Part shown: piece after piece, positions 53,120-61,704 of the stretch
How positions within the stretch are numbered: the first letter of the stretch is position 1
Layout: the number at the start of each line of letters is the position of its first letter
From: an uncultured Gemmatimonadales bacterium
Lineage (GTDB): Bacteria > Gemmatimonadota > Gemmatimonadetes > Longimicrobiales > RSA9
Length of the DNA: 64,000 nt
NCBI GenBank assembly: GCA_963816355.1
Contig: CAWFKH010000004.1
Coordinates: 64,001-128,000, forward strand
Reading direction: 5' to 3'
Translations under genes and position numbers: made by a program
The notes under the pieces: model-generated
What the model was told of the DNA's origin: nothing
Databases searched by the model: none
The model's input: only the letters and a program-made list of their open reading frames with translations

Positions 53120-53689
53120 TCAGCCACAACCCTCGACCCACGCGACCTCGGGCAGGACCCCCGCGCGGTACGTTCGCACCACGGCGCCGTCCGTTTCGAA
53201 GATGAGGCGTCGCTCCGAGCCGTCCGAGGGCGTCACCACCAGGTAGTGTCCGTCCGTGTACTTGTGCGGCTGGACCTCCACCGCGCCGGCGTAGAGTTGC
53301 CGGATCCGCTCCTCGGAGTCCCCGATCCCCGCGCCCTCGCGCGTCTTCACTCCTGGGTTCCGGACGTCCACTCTGACGACGCGACCCTCCACGACCATCA
53401 GAGAAACGCCTTCCGGACCACGGGTGGGCGCGGTCGTGCGGCAACCTTCGACGTCTTCGAGCTCCTGGACCGCGCCACCGGACGCGGTGACCGCTTCCGC
53501 GAACTCGACGCCGAGCGGAATCGGCCCATAGCGATCGAAATCGACCACCCAGGCGTCTGCGGAAGGCGTGTGCTGCGCAGCGCCCGCGCTGCCGGCCGGT
53601 TCGCCATCGGCGGGCGCATCCCGAGCCGCCCCGCAGCCGATCACGAGGCCGAGAGCGGCGAAGACGGTCCTGCGGCTGATCCGGCCCAT
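53120..53689 (-). CDS. Putative lipoprotein
   Basis: AGGAG RBS; LVIGC lipobox; C-terminal EGCG. Confidence 0.8.
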   Translation of the reverse strand: MGRISRRTVFAALGLVIGCGAARDAPADGEPAGSAGAAQHTPSADAWVVDFDRYGPIPLGVEFAEAVTASGGAVQELEDVEGCRTTAPTRGPEGVSLMVVEGRVVRVDVRNPGVKTREGAGIGDSEERIRQLYAGAVEVQPHKYTDGHYLVVTPSDGSERRLIFETDGAVVRTYRAGVLPEVAWVEGCG

Positions 53690-53734
53690 GAATCGCTCCT
53701 CTGATCTACGGTCCGGGAGCGGGCTCCCACACAC

Positions 53735-53832
53735 GTCGGCCGCAGCGGCCCTCAGTTGCGCGAGCATCGCATCGAGGTTCCGCACACTCCCGCCCTGAAG
53801 AAGACACGGCCGATGCCGCGGATGCGCTCCAT
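53735..53832 (-). pseudogene. Internally deleted VOC/glyoxalase relic
   Basis: GAGG RBS + MERIRGIGRVFFRAG joined out of frame to VRNLDAMLAQLRAA. Confidence 0.6.
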
Positions 53833-53885
53833 GGTCACGTCCTCGATTCAACGTCGGTCGACAGGGGATCCGAACCCGTGCGCCA

Positions 53886-54440
53886 TCACGCCTTCCGATG
53901 ACTCGTCCAGAGCAGGCGGTGCCGCGCTCGCGCGAGCTCCGGTGCGGCCGCCCACGGCAAACGACGCGACGCCGCGCGTACCGGGTGCGAGAGCAGCTGA
54001 CTGAGACGCGTCTCCGTCGCGAACACGCCGTTCGGCCTCAGCACGCGGACGATCTCTCGCAGCGCCTCGTGCGGCCGGCTGATGTGGTAGCAGGTGCCGA
54101 AATCGACCACCACGTCGAAATGGCCGGACCGAAACGGCAGGCGGCGTGCATCGCCCTCGACCAGAACGGCATGAACGTCTCGCTCGCGCAACCTCGTCGC
54201 TGCCTGCGAAAGGAGGACCCTGTCGATGTCCACACCCACCAGGAGCGTCGGGCGGCACAGCTTCGAAAAGACCGACAGAGCCACGCCGGTTCCGCACCCG
54301 ATCTCCAGGATTCTACCGTGTGCGGGTAGGCCCAGGAGGTGGACCATCAGCGGGAGCTCGAGTCGCTCCTGACGCCGGTTCCGACCTTCCTCGGTCGGAA
54401 ACGGTCGGTAGCCGTCGCCGGTGGCTTCAGTGCGGCGCAT
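53886..54440 (-). CDS. Class I SAM-dependent methyltransferase
   Basis: ILEIGCGTG, GVDID, GDARRLPF, RVLRPNG. Confidence 0.9.
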   Translation of the reverse strand: MRRTEATGDGYRPFPTEEGRNRRQERLELPLMVHLLGLPAHGRILEIGCGTGVALSVFSKLCRPTLLVGVDIDRVLLSQAATRLRERDVHAVLVEGDARRLPFRSGHFDVVVDFGTCYHISRPHEALREIVRVLRPNGVFATETRLSQLLSHPVRAASRRLPWAAAPELARARHRLLWTSHRKA

Positions 54441-54572
54441 CCGGCCCCCTCAGCCTGCATCTTCGGTAGAGCGCGCGCGCGCTCCCGGGCCGTCGCTGCA
54501 GGGCCTCCCGTCCCGGCTCCTGATCTCGAATCCGGCGTTCGCAGCCTTCGTCACTCGCGTTCTCCCGCGAGA

Positions 54573-54705
54573 TCAAGCGGGAACGTAGGACAGCCGGATC
54601 ACGTCCTCGGCGATCCGATCATTGCCCATGAGGCGGAGCGGCGGCTGGGGTCCGGCGAAATACGGCTTGCCGTGACTGGTTCATTCCGAATACGAACCTC
54701 GCCAT
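54573..54705 (-). pseudogene. Internally deleted DHFR/RibD-C family relic
   Basis: AAGGA RBS + MARFVFGMNQS fused out of frame to C-terminus HGKPYFAGPQPPLRL...IRLSYVPA*. Confidence 0.7.
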
Positions 54706-54784
54706 ACCCATTTCCTTTCCTTTAGGCTCGCCGCGCTATCGTCCGTATTCGCCGAAGACGTCTGCCGCAGGCCGGGTGCCGTGC

Positions 54785-55237
54785 TCATCGGGAAACGGAT
54801 TGCCGGAGTTCCTGGGCGAGTCCGACGAGGATTCCCTCGGGGCCCCGGATGTAGCAGAGTCGATACGCGTCTTCGTACTGGACGACGTCGCCGACGAGCT
54901 CCGCGCCGCGCTTGCCGAGCCGCGCGAGCGTGTCGTCGAGGTCCTCCACGGTGAACATGACGCGCAGGTAACCGAGAGCGTTCACCGGGGCGCGGCGATG
55001 ATCGGCAGCCACGGGCGGTGCAAGGAAGCGGGACATTTCGAGCCGGCTGTGACCGTCCGGCGTACGCATCATGGCAATCTCGACGCGCATGTCGCGCAAT
55101 CCGGTGACGCCGTCGGCCCAGTCTCCTTCGATCGGGGCGCGTCCCTCGAGCTCGAGGCCGAGCTCGGTGAAGAACTCGATCGCGGCGTCGATGTCTTCGA
55201 CCACTAGGCCGACGTTGTCCATACGCTTTACGGTCAC
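54785..55237 (-). CDS. VOC/glyoxalase family protein
   Basis: RMDNVGLVVEDIDAAIEFF, CYIRGPEGILVGLAQ. Confidence 0.9.
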   Translation of the reverse strand: MTVKRMDNVGLVVEDIDAAIEFFTELGLELEGRAPIEGDWADGVTGLRDMRVEIAMMRTPDGHSRLEMSRFLAPPVAADHRRAPVNALGYLRVMFTVEDLDDTLARLGKRGAELVGDVVQYEDAYRLCYIRGPEGILVGLAQELRQSVSR

Positions 55238-55267
55238 GATGTCCCCTCGCGCATTGTATGGGATCCG

Positions 55268-55552
55268 CCGTGGAGGCCGGGGGCCGCTCGGACTGCCGTG
55301 GTCTCCCGTCCTCCCGATTGCGCCCGACGGCCGCTCCGCGCCGTCCGTGATCGCCGTCAACTCAGCCCCGCCGGCCGCCATTCCCGGTCCGGGGCAGATC
55401 GGACCGCGCGAGGCGCGGTGGCAATGGCCCCGCGAGCGTGCGGCTTCGGGCGAGGGGCCGGGTTGACCGCTCTCGGAGCCGTCCAGTTTGCCCCGCGCCG
55501 GGAGGGGTCCGGCGAGGGCGCGCTTTGACGTCGCCCGGCGCCGGCTGGGACC
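55268..55552 (-). repeat. ~280-bp structured dispersed element, copy 2
   Basis: Reverse complement aligns end to end with 35394-35674. Confidence 0.9.
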
Positions 55553-55574
55553 CGCGCGGAACGGCTATGGCTCC

Positions 55575-55832
55575 GCCCGTGTGTACCGTGGCATCGATCA
55601 CGACATCGCGGCCAGTCTCCACGGCGTTGCGGACGACTGCCATCACCGCGGAGAGAACGCATCGCGCTTTCCGGCGGTGTTCGTCGGAGCCGGGAGTGCC
55701 GCGCTTCCTGTGAAAGTGTGCACGCCAGGCGTCGTCCTCACTGACGCGCGTCCAGTCGTGAAAGTAAGCCAAATCCTGAGCAACGGTCCACTTGCCGCTA
55801 CCGCAGGTCCCGGTGAGAAGGAGGACTCGCAC
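55575..55832 (-). pseudogene. Truncated P-loop kinase (AAA_33-like)
   Basis: LLLTGTCGSGKWTVA Walker A and DVVIDAT, then the frame runs into the dispersed element. Confidence 0.65.
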
Positions 55833-55875
55833 CCATTCCGGGTCGCCGCTTCTGGAGCCGCCCGTCACGCGGCCG

Positions 55876-56055
55876 GTTATCGACACCCGTCTCCCCATCG
55901 GACTGTCCGTGCATCCGGCGCCATACCCGGGCTTGGAAGAACCACTCCATGAGCTCCGGGCCTCGCACGCCCAGCGGGTTCTGAAGGTCCTGTCGCGGGC
56001 CGGCACCGAAACCGTCGGCCGACACAGCGAAGCTCAGCACACGCACAATGGACAC
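55876..56055 (-). pseudogene. 5' fragment of a DHFR/RibD-C family gene
   Basis: GAGGAG RBS; VRVLSFAVSADGFGAGPRQDLQNPLGVRGPELMEWFF, then similarity stops. Confidence 0.7.
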
Positions 56056-56130
56056 GACATCTCCTCTGCAACCGTCACGGGTGAGCAGGTGCGCCACCTG
56101 CAGCGACCACAAATACTCGCCCGGTATTTC

Positions 56131-56251
56131 GTCTAACGGATTCGCGGTTCGCGGCGCGGCGACCGAACGAACAGCGAGGCGCCAGGCCCCCGTCACGGGC
56201 CGGGGACCGACGCGAAGCGGCGGGCCCGAGCGCGACACCGCCCCGCTATGC
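56131..56251 (-). other. attC-like integron recombination site
   Basis: Minus strand GCATAGC...CGGT[G]TCGCG pairing with CGCGAACCG...GTTAGAC; one extra G; just downstream of a cassette-like gene. Confidence 0.65.
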
Positions 56252-56287
56252 GCTGGCGTGGATGGGTGAACTCACCCGCCTGGGTCG

Positions 56288-57796
56288 CTACGCGAACAGC
56301 TTGAGGCGCTGCTCCAACACCGGCCGCGACAGTACGCCAGTGATGTTCAGCACGTCGAGGTTGAACGTCTGGCTTCGTCGCGCTTGGCGCCACTCCTCAG
56401 CCAGCCAAAGTAGGTCTTCAGCCGTGATCAAAGCTATATCGGTGTCCGTGCCGGACTCGACCTTCAAGCGCGCAGCATTGTGATCGGCACCTTCTGCGAT
56501 CTCGGGTACAATGATCAGAAAGCACGACACGCGGTCGGGAGCGTCCCGGATGTAGCGCTTGAACTGCTTCATGTGGCTTGGAGGAAAGCTGTAGACCGTC
56601 TCCTTGCTCTTGTTGTCCCACATGAATAGTTCCCCGCGTTTGCCGAATCGCATACAGCCGTCGCAGTGATCGCTGCCCGGAGCAGTCATCAGTTCGAGGC
56701 CGAGGATCGAGGAAAACAGGTGCCGCGTACCCTCCTCGAAGGCGCCCTCCATATCCCGATCCTTCCGGATCACCTTGTTCGCCAGCAGGTTCTCGCGGTC
56801 ACGGTGGGCGAGCTCGACCAGATACTTGTAGAACCTCTCGCCGGGAGGAGCTTCCTCCGAGACGTCACGGACCACGAGGTTGGCAAAATAATCGATGATG
56901 CGGGCTATGCGCTCGGGCTTCGTACCGCTCACCTTGGCACCAGGGAGACCGGAACACAGCTCGTAGAGTTCCTGGTTCGAGAGGACGTCGAGCGCCTGGC
57001 TCGGTTTGAGGCCGGCTCGGATAATCCGCTCCTGGAGCTGCTCCTTCCGACCAGACTTCGGCAGCTTCCGCCAATCAAGAATGGAGGCCATCTGGTCCTT
57101 CGTAAGTTCCTCGAGGAGCTTCTCGAGTGCCTTCCGGCTCAACTCGATGCCAAGCGCTTGCTTCACCGACGGTACGATCTCCTCCGGAACCACGAAGACG
57201 CCGCCACTGAGCCTGTTGCAATAAAAGACCACTCCGCGACGCTGGAGATCGATCAGGGCGTCCTTGAACTCCGTGGGTCCATGGAGGCGGTTGCCATTCG
57301 TCGGGAAGTGCTGGAGCTGAGCGAGGATGAGGCGCTTGCTCTTCTCACCCAGGCCCAGCTTCTCGCGAAGCCGACGTACCAAACTCAGCTCATGCGCCGA
57401 TACCTGATTGTCGTCGAGCGCGACCTCCAAGACGGCTTTGAAGATATCGACGGCACGAGAATCCTCGTACCGAAGTGCCTCGGGGTCGGAAGCACCATCG
57501 ATGATGTCCTGCTCAAGGGCTGTAACCTCATCGATGAGATCCTGCTCGCTGGCCGAATACTCGGGCCGGTTGACGAGCGCTTCCAGAACGTAGCCGAACA
57601 GGATCTGATCGGAGAAGTTCCCGTCGAACCGGAGCACCGACAGGACGCGCGCGGGATCCGCAAGCTCATCCACATTCCGAGAGATAATTTCTCGGGCGCG
57701 GTCTTCGTCCGGCTTCGGGAAGTCCTTCGTGAAGCTATCGATTATCCGATGCAGGTACTGCTTCGACATCTCCTGAATCGCATCAGCGACCTTCAT
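56288..57796 (-). CDS. TerB-like + tandem SAP + PD-(D/E)xK nuclease-like protein
   Basis: ALDDNQVSAHELSLVRRLREKLGL; two SAP-like motifs; CDG..MWDNKS; GGAGG RBS; visibly lower GC than the core genes. Confidence 0.7.
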   Translation of the reverse strand: MKVADAIQEMSKQYLHRIIDSFTKDFPKPDEDRAREIISRNVDELADPARVLSVLRFDGNFSDQILFGYVLEALVNRPEYSASEQDLIDEVTALEQDIIDGASDPEALRYEDSRAVDIFKAVLEVALDDNQVSAHELSLVRRLREKLGLGEKSKRLILAQLQHFPTNGNRLHGPTEFKDALIDLQRRGVVFYCNRLSGGVFVVPEEIVPSVKQALGIELSRKALEKLLEELTKDQMASILDWRKLPKSGRKEQLQERIIRAGLKPSQALDVLSNQELYELCSGLPGAKVSGTKPERIARIIDYFANLVVRDVSEEAPPGERFYKYLVELAHRDRENLLANKVIRKDRDMEGAFEEGTRHLFSSILGLELMTAPGSDHCDGCMRFGKRGELFMWDNKSKETVYSFPPSHMKQFKRYIRDAPDRVSCFLIIVPEIAEGADHNAARLKVESGTDTDIALITAEDLLWLAEEWRQARRSQTFNLDVLNITGVLSRPVLEQRLKLFA

Positions 57797-58018
57797 CGCG
57801 CCTCCAACGCCGGGGGTATGGATCGGCTGGCGCCATTAACCGCCGTGTTCAGCCACGTCCACGGCGCTCAACTTCGACTCTGCCAGCGCTTCGGATCACG
57901 GAATGAGAATCGAGTCCGTGCCCGCGTGAGAGAGGACCCGAATTCGGTAGTGTGCGTCGGCCTCGCCGATCGCTTCGAGGAATCATCCGTGCGCCAAAGC
58001 GTCAGCGCCGATCTCCAG

Positions 58019-59388
58019 GAGGTCACGTCAATAGGTGTGTAAACGGCATCAGGCGGCGGCCCTTTCGGACTGACTGGTGACGGGGATGCCGTCGACGTAC
58101 TTCGCGCCCGCGGAAACGGCCGCGAGCAGGTGTGCGGCGTTGAGCCGCCGGAAGGTCTTCTCCGCTACGAGGAGCAGCTTCCAGATCAACGCCGTGGCGT
58201 TCTCGACCCGCTTGTAGCGCTTTGCGGCCGTGGTCCTGAGCCGCACAGAGGCGAAGGGCGACTCGACGATGTTGGTGGTGCGCAGGTGGACCCAGTGCTC
58301 GTGGGGGAAGGAGAAGAAGGTGACCATCCGCTCCCAGTCCCGCTTGAGCGCCGCCATCGCCTTGGGGTAGAGCCGCTCGAACTGCTTCACGCACCGCTCA
58401 CGCGCTTTCTCGCACTCAGCCCTGCTCTCGGCGTACATCATTCCTCTCAGGTGCTGGCGGACGGCCGCCTGCTGCTTCCTCGGAACCTGGTCCAGCACGT
58501 TGACCATCTTGTGATTCCAGCAACGCTGCTCCTCGCACCGCGGCCAGATCTCGGGGACCGCGGCCCAGATGCCCAGGTGGCCGTCGGCGACCAGGAGCCG
58601 CGGCGCGTTCATGCCGCGGCCCTTCAGGTCGCGCAGTACGCCCAGCCACGACTCGCGCGACTCCCGCTGCCCGCTCTCCACGGCGAGCACGACCTTCTCG
58701 CCCTCGCGGGTCCCACCGATGATCACCAGGAGCGCCGCCTTGCCGTCGTCGATGCCGGCCTTTACGTACAGGCCATCCGCCCAGCAGTACACGATGTCGA
58801 GCTCGGCCAGCGAACGGCTCCGCCACTCCTGGAACTCGAGCTGCCACTGCGCCTTCAGCCGAGCGATCGAAGCGGCCGAAAGGGGAGCAGCGTCCCCCAG
58901 CAGCCCCCTCAGCGCGAGCTCGAAGTCGCCGAGCGCCAGCCCGTGCAGGTAGAGCTGGGGCAGGAGCTCGCTGACTTCCTCCGTGCGCCGCTTGAACAGC
59001 GGAAGGATTCGGCTCTCGAACCGCTCTTCCAGCCCTCGGACCCGCGGGCGCCGAACCTTGATCGTGCCGTTCGACAACGCCAGCTTACGCGCCTTGCCGT
59101 AGCCGTTGCGGTAGACCGGCTCCGATCCGGGCTCTCGCCGCTCCGACTTCCGCCGGCCCAGGAGCCCTTCGACCTCTTCCTCGAGCAGCCGCTGGACGAA
59201 TACCTGAACCTGCTCGCGGGCAAAGCCCTCCAGCTGTCCCCATACCACGCTTGACGACGAGGACGCTTCCTTGGTTACCTTTGACACGGCGGTGGCTCCT
59301 TTCGTGCGGGCACGAGGCCCGTGGTTGATGGCTCAACCGAAAGGTGTCACCGCCTTCTGCTCGTTTCCACACCCTCTGAAGATACCTC
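58019..59388 (-). mobile_element. IS256-family insertion sequence
   Basis: 27-bp imperfect terminal IRs GAGGTCACGTCAATAGGTGTGTAAACG / GAGGTATCTTCAGAGGGTGTGGAAACG; no TSD seen. Confidence 0.88.
58049..59287 (-). CDS. IS256-family transposase
   Basis: YRNGY, WADGLY, VADGHLG, QRCWNHK, LRTTNIVES. Confidence 0.95.
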   Translation of the reverse strand: MSKVTKEASSSSSVVWGQLEGFAREQVQVFVQRLLEEEVEGLLGRRKSERREPGSEPVYRNGYGKARKLALSNGTIKVRRPRVRGLEERFESRILPLFKRRTEEVSELLPQLYLHGLALGDFELALRGLLGDAAPLSAASIARLKAQWQLEFQEWRSRSLAELDIVYCWADGLYVKAGIDDGKAALLVIIGGTREGEKVVLAVESGQRESRESWLGVLRDLKGRGMNAPRLLVADGHLGIWAAVPEIWPRCEEQRCWNHKMVNVLDQVPRKQQAAVRQHLRGMMYAESRAECEKARERCVKQFERLYPKAMAALKRDWERMVTFFSFPHEHWVHLRTTNIVESPFASVRLRTTAAKRYKRVENATALIWKLLLVAEKTFRRLNAAHLLAAVSAGAKYVDGIPVTSQSERAAA

Positions 59389-60158
59389 TATCATCGTGCA
59401 GAGGATCGCCTGATCCGCCAATGCGTCACTGCGGCGACGGTACAAACCGTCTGCACCGACCTCGACCTTCGAAAGGCACAGATCACTTGATATCGCATCG
59501 TGTTCTATGGACGACAATATCGTCAGCCCAGCCTCTTCGGCCGCACCTTCAACGCTCTTGATCGAGTGTTTGTATTGGAACTTGACGGTCCAACTCTCGC
59601 TGGGGTCGCGTAGTCATACCCCGAAGCAATCTCTCGCCGCCCTGCATTTGCGGCCTGCCAGGAAGCCTGGGTACCCGGCACCCCATCGATCAGGACGAGC
59701 TTACCGCCCCTCTTCAGTACGTTCGCCACGTTTTGCATCCATTGTGATAGATCAGCGATCCAGCAGGTAATCCCCATCGTGGCCCAGACCAGGTCGAAAC
59801 GCCCATATAGGGACGTGGGCAGCGCGACCGCGTCCGCGCAGACCCATTCGATGTCTACCCCGCACTGCTCCGCTAGCGACCTCGCTTTTTCCAATGCCAC
59901 GAGCGAGAAGTCCACTCCTGTCACTACTGCGCCGCGGCGGGCGAGCGAGATGGCATCGAATCCCAGATGACACTGCAACTGCAGCACGTGGAGGCCTCGA
60001 AGATCGGCTCCAACCGCGGCGCCAAGCGCACTCTCTTCTTCCTCGATCAATGAACTCCGGCCGGCGATCAGTCCTACCGAATCGTAGTACGCGTCCTGAC
60101 CGTGTAGCTCCGCCAGCGTATCCCAGCTTTTGCGATTGAGCTCGTGGTCAGCGTGCAT
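59389..60158 (-). pseudogene. Class I SAM methyltransferase, frameshifted near 59595 and cut by IS256
   Basis: VLQLQCHLGFD, TGVDFS motifs; C-terminal part (HSIKSV..AGLTI..EH..DGLYRR) lies in another frame and is open up to the IS256 end. Confidence 0.75.
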
Positions 60159-60303
60159 CTCTTCTTGTTCTGATTGCCAAGTTATAGCACATAGACACAA
60201 TGGAAGGGCTGGCCTCCCGAGCTTACCGTGGGTTGATGCCCCGGTTCGCGGGAGTCACCAGAGCCACATGCGACAATGGTCGCAGCAACAGGAGACCAGC
60301 CCT

Positions 60304-61434
60304 ATGGCTACATCAAATCTCTTCCTCGGTCTCGACGTCCACAAGGACTCGGTCACCATCGCGGTCTTCATCGGCCAAGCGGCTGAACCCGAGCAGGTGG
60401 ACCGCCTCCCCAACAATGTGCACAAGCTACGGCGCTACTTCGAGCGCCTCGCGCGCCGCGGGACGGTGCACGCCTGCTATGAAGCGAGCGGCGCCGGCTA
60501 CGTCCTGCAGCGCCACATGAGCGCCTGGGGCTACCCGTGCGAGCTGGCAGCTCCCTCTCTCATCCCGACGCGCCCCGGCGACCGGCGCAAGCACGACAAG
60601 CGGGACGCCATTCAACTCGGCCGCCTCTACCGCGCGGGGCAGCTGAGCCTGATCCACATTCCGACCGAAGTCGAAGAGCAGGTGCGGGACCTGGTCCGGT
60701 GCAGGGAGACTTTCCAGCGCGAGATCCTGAAGTCCCGCCACTACATCCTGAAATTCCTCCGGCGGCGAGGGTTCGTCTTCCGCGGCGGCACCAACTGGAC
60801 ACAGCGCCACTTCGTCTGGATCCGTCAGCTCCTGCGCCCCGAGGTCCTCTCCCGTGAAGACCGGCTCGTGCTCTCGGAATATCTGGCGCTGCTCGAGTAC
60901 AAGATTGCCCGTCGCGACGAACTCGATCGGCAGGTGGAGCGGCTGGCGCTCGAGCCCCGCTACCGCCTCATCGTCGAACGCCTGCGCTGCTTCCGAGGCA
61001 TCGATACGCACGCGGCGATGGTGCTCGCCACCGAGATCGGCGACTTTCGTCGCTTCAAGAGTCCACGCCAACTCATGGCCTACTTCGGCCTCGTCCCCAG
61101 CGAGCACTCTTCCGGGGAACGCAGGCGCCAAGGCGCCATCACAAAAGCCGGCAACGCCCATTGCCGCCACGTTCTCGTTCAGGCGGCCTGGTCGTACCGC
61201 AACCGTCCATCCCAGAGCGCCGCGCTCACTCGACGCCAGAGCGCTCAGGATCCCGCCATCATCGCCCATGCCTGGAAAGCTCAGCACCGCCTTCACAAGC
61301 TCTTCCACCGCGTGAGCCACCGGCGTCCCTTCCAGGTCGCGGTCGTCGCAGCGGCTCGAGAAATGGTCGGTTTCATCTGGGCGGTGCTCCAGGACGAAGA
61401 ACTCTACGACCAGCAGCTCCAAAACGCCGCGTGA
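60304..61434 (+). CDS. IS110-family DEDD recombinase/transposase
   Basis: GLDVHKD, CYEA, KHDKRDA, GLVPSEHSSG, ITKAGN; AGGAG RBS. Confidence 0.95.
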   Translation: MATSNLFLGLDVHKDSVTIAVFIGQAAEPEQVDRLPNNVHKLRRYFERLARRGTVHACYEASGAGYVLQRHMSAWGYPCELAAPSLIPTRPGDRRKHDKRDAIQLGRLYRAGQLSLIHIPTEVEEQVRDLVRCRETFQREILKSRHYILKFLRRRGFVFRGGTNWTQRHFVWIRQLLRPEVLSREDRLVLSEYLALLEYKIARRDELDRQVERLALEPRYRLIVERLRCFRGIDTHAAMVLATEIGDFRRFKSPRQLMAYFGLVPSEHSSGERRRQGAITKAGNAHCRHVLVQAAWSYRNRPSQSAALTRRQSAQDPAIIAHAWKAQHRLHKLFHRVSHRRPFQVAVVAAAREMVGFIWAVLQDEELYDQQLQNAA

Positions 61435-61442
61435 CACTCACA

Positions 61443-61614
61443 GGAGGCGGGGCACGAGAGGAGAACCCCCGAAAACGTTAGCAGGTACGGCGTTCCGCCC
61501 AATCCTGGTGTATAGACTGGGGCCGCTCCGGACGAATCCGAATTCTTGCCGCTCTGTTCCTCTGAACAACCGGCGTATATCAGCAGGATTCACCGTCGAA
61601 GCCGCCCCGCCTCC
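61443..61614 (+). ncRNA. Predicted bridge/seekRNA of the IS1111-type element
   Basis: Closing stem GGAGGCGGGGC/GCCCCGCCTCC; internal loops match the target (AAACGTTA) and the circle junction (ATATCAG). Confidence 0.75.
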
Positions 61615-61704
61615 ACTCGCTGCTTGACAGGCCCTTCCATATCAACGTTTCCAGGTTGGCGACCCCGCCCGCCGCAAACCGTCCAGCGGTGGATCCTGTC
61701 TGAA

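Larger units (their letters stand above)
60193..61643 (+). mobile_element. IS110 family, IS1111 group element
   Basis: Sub-terminal IRs ATGGAAGGGC (60200) / GCCCTTCCAT (61631-61640) with 7-nt and 3-nt outer ends; no TSD; downstream non-coding region. Confidence 0.9.

Noticed and set aside
54540..54600. Possible + strand attC end
   Set aside because: Better explained as the 3' end of the DHFR-like relic on the minus strand.
35394..55552. 20-kb composite transposon bounded by the two inverted 280-bp elements
   Set aside because: The interval holds core genes (speAB, coaE, fur-family), the two copies are diverged, and no TSD is seen.
57797..58018. Complete attC upstream of the nuclease gene
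   Set aside because: Only an L'/R'-like half is visible; no matching R''/L'' arm was found.
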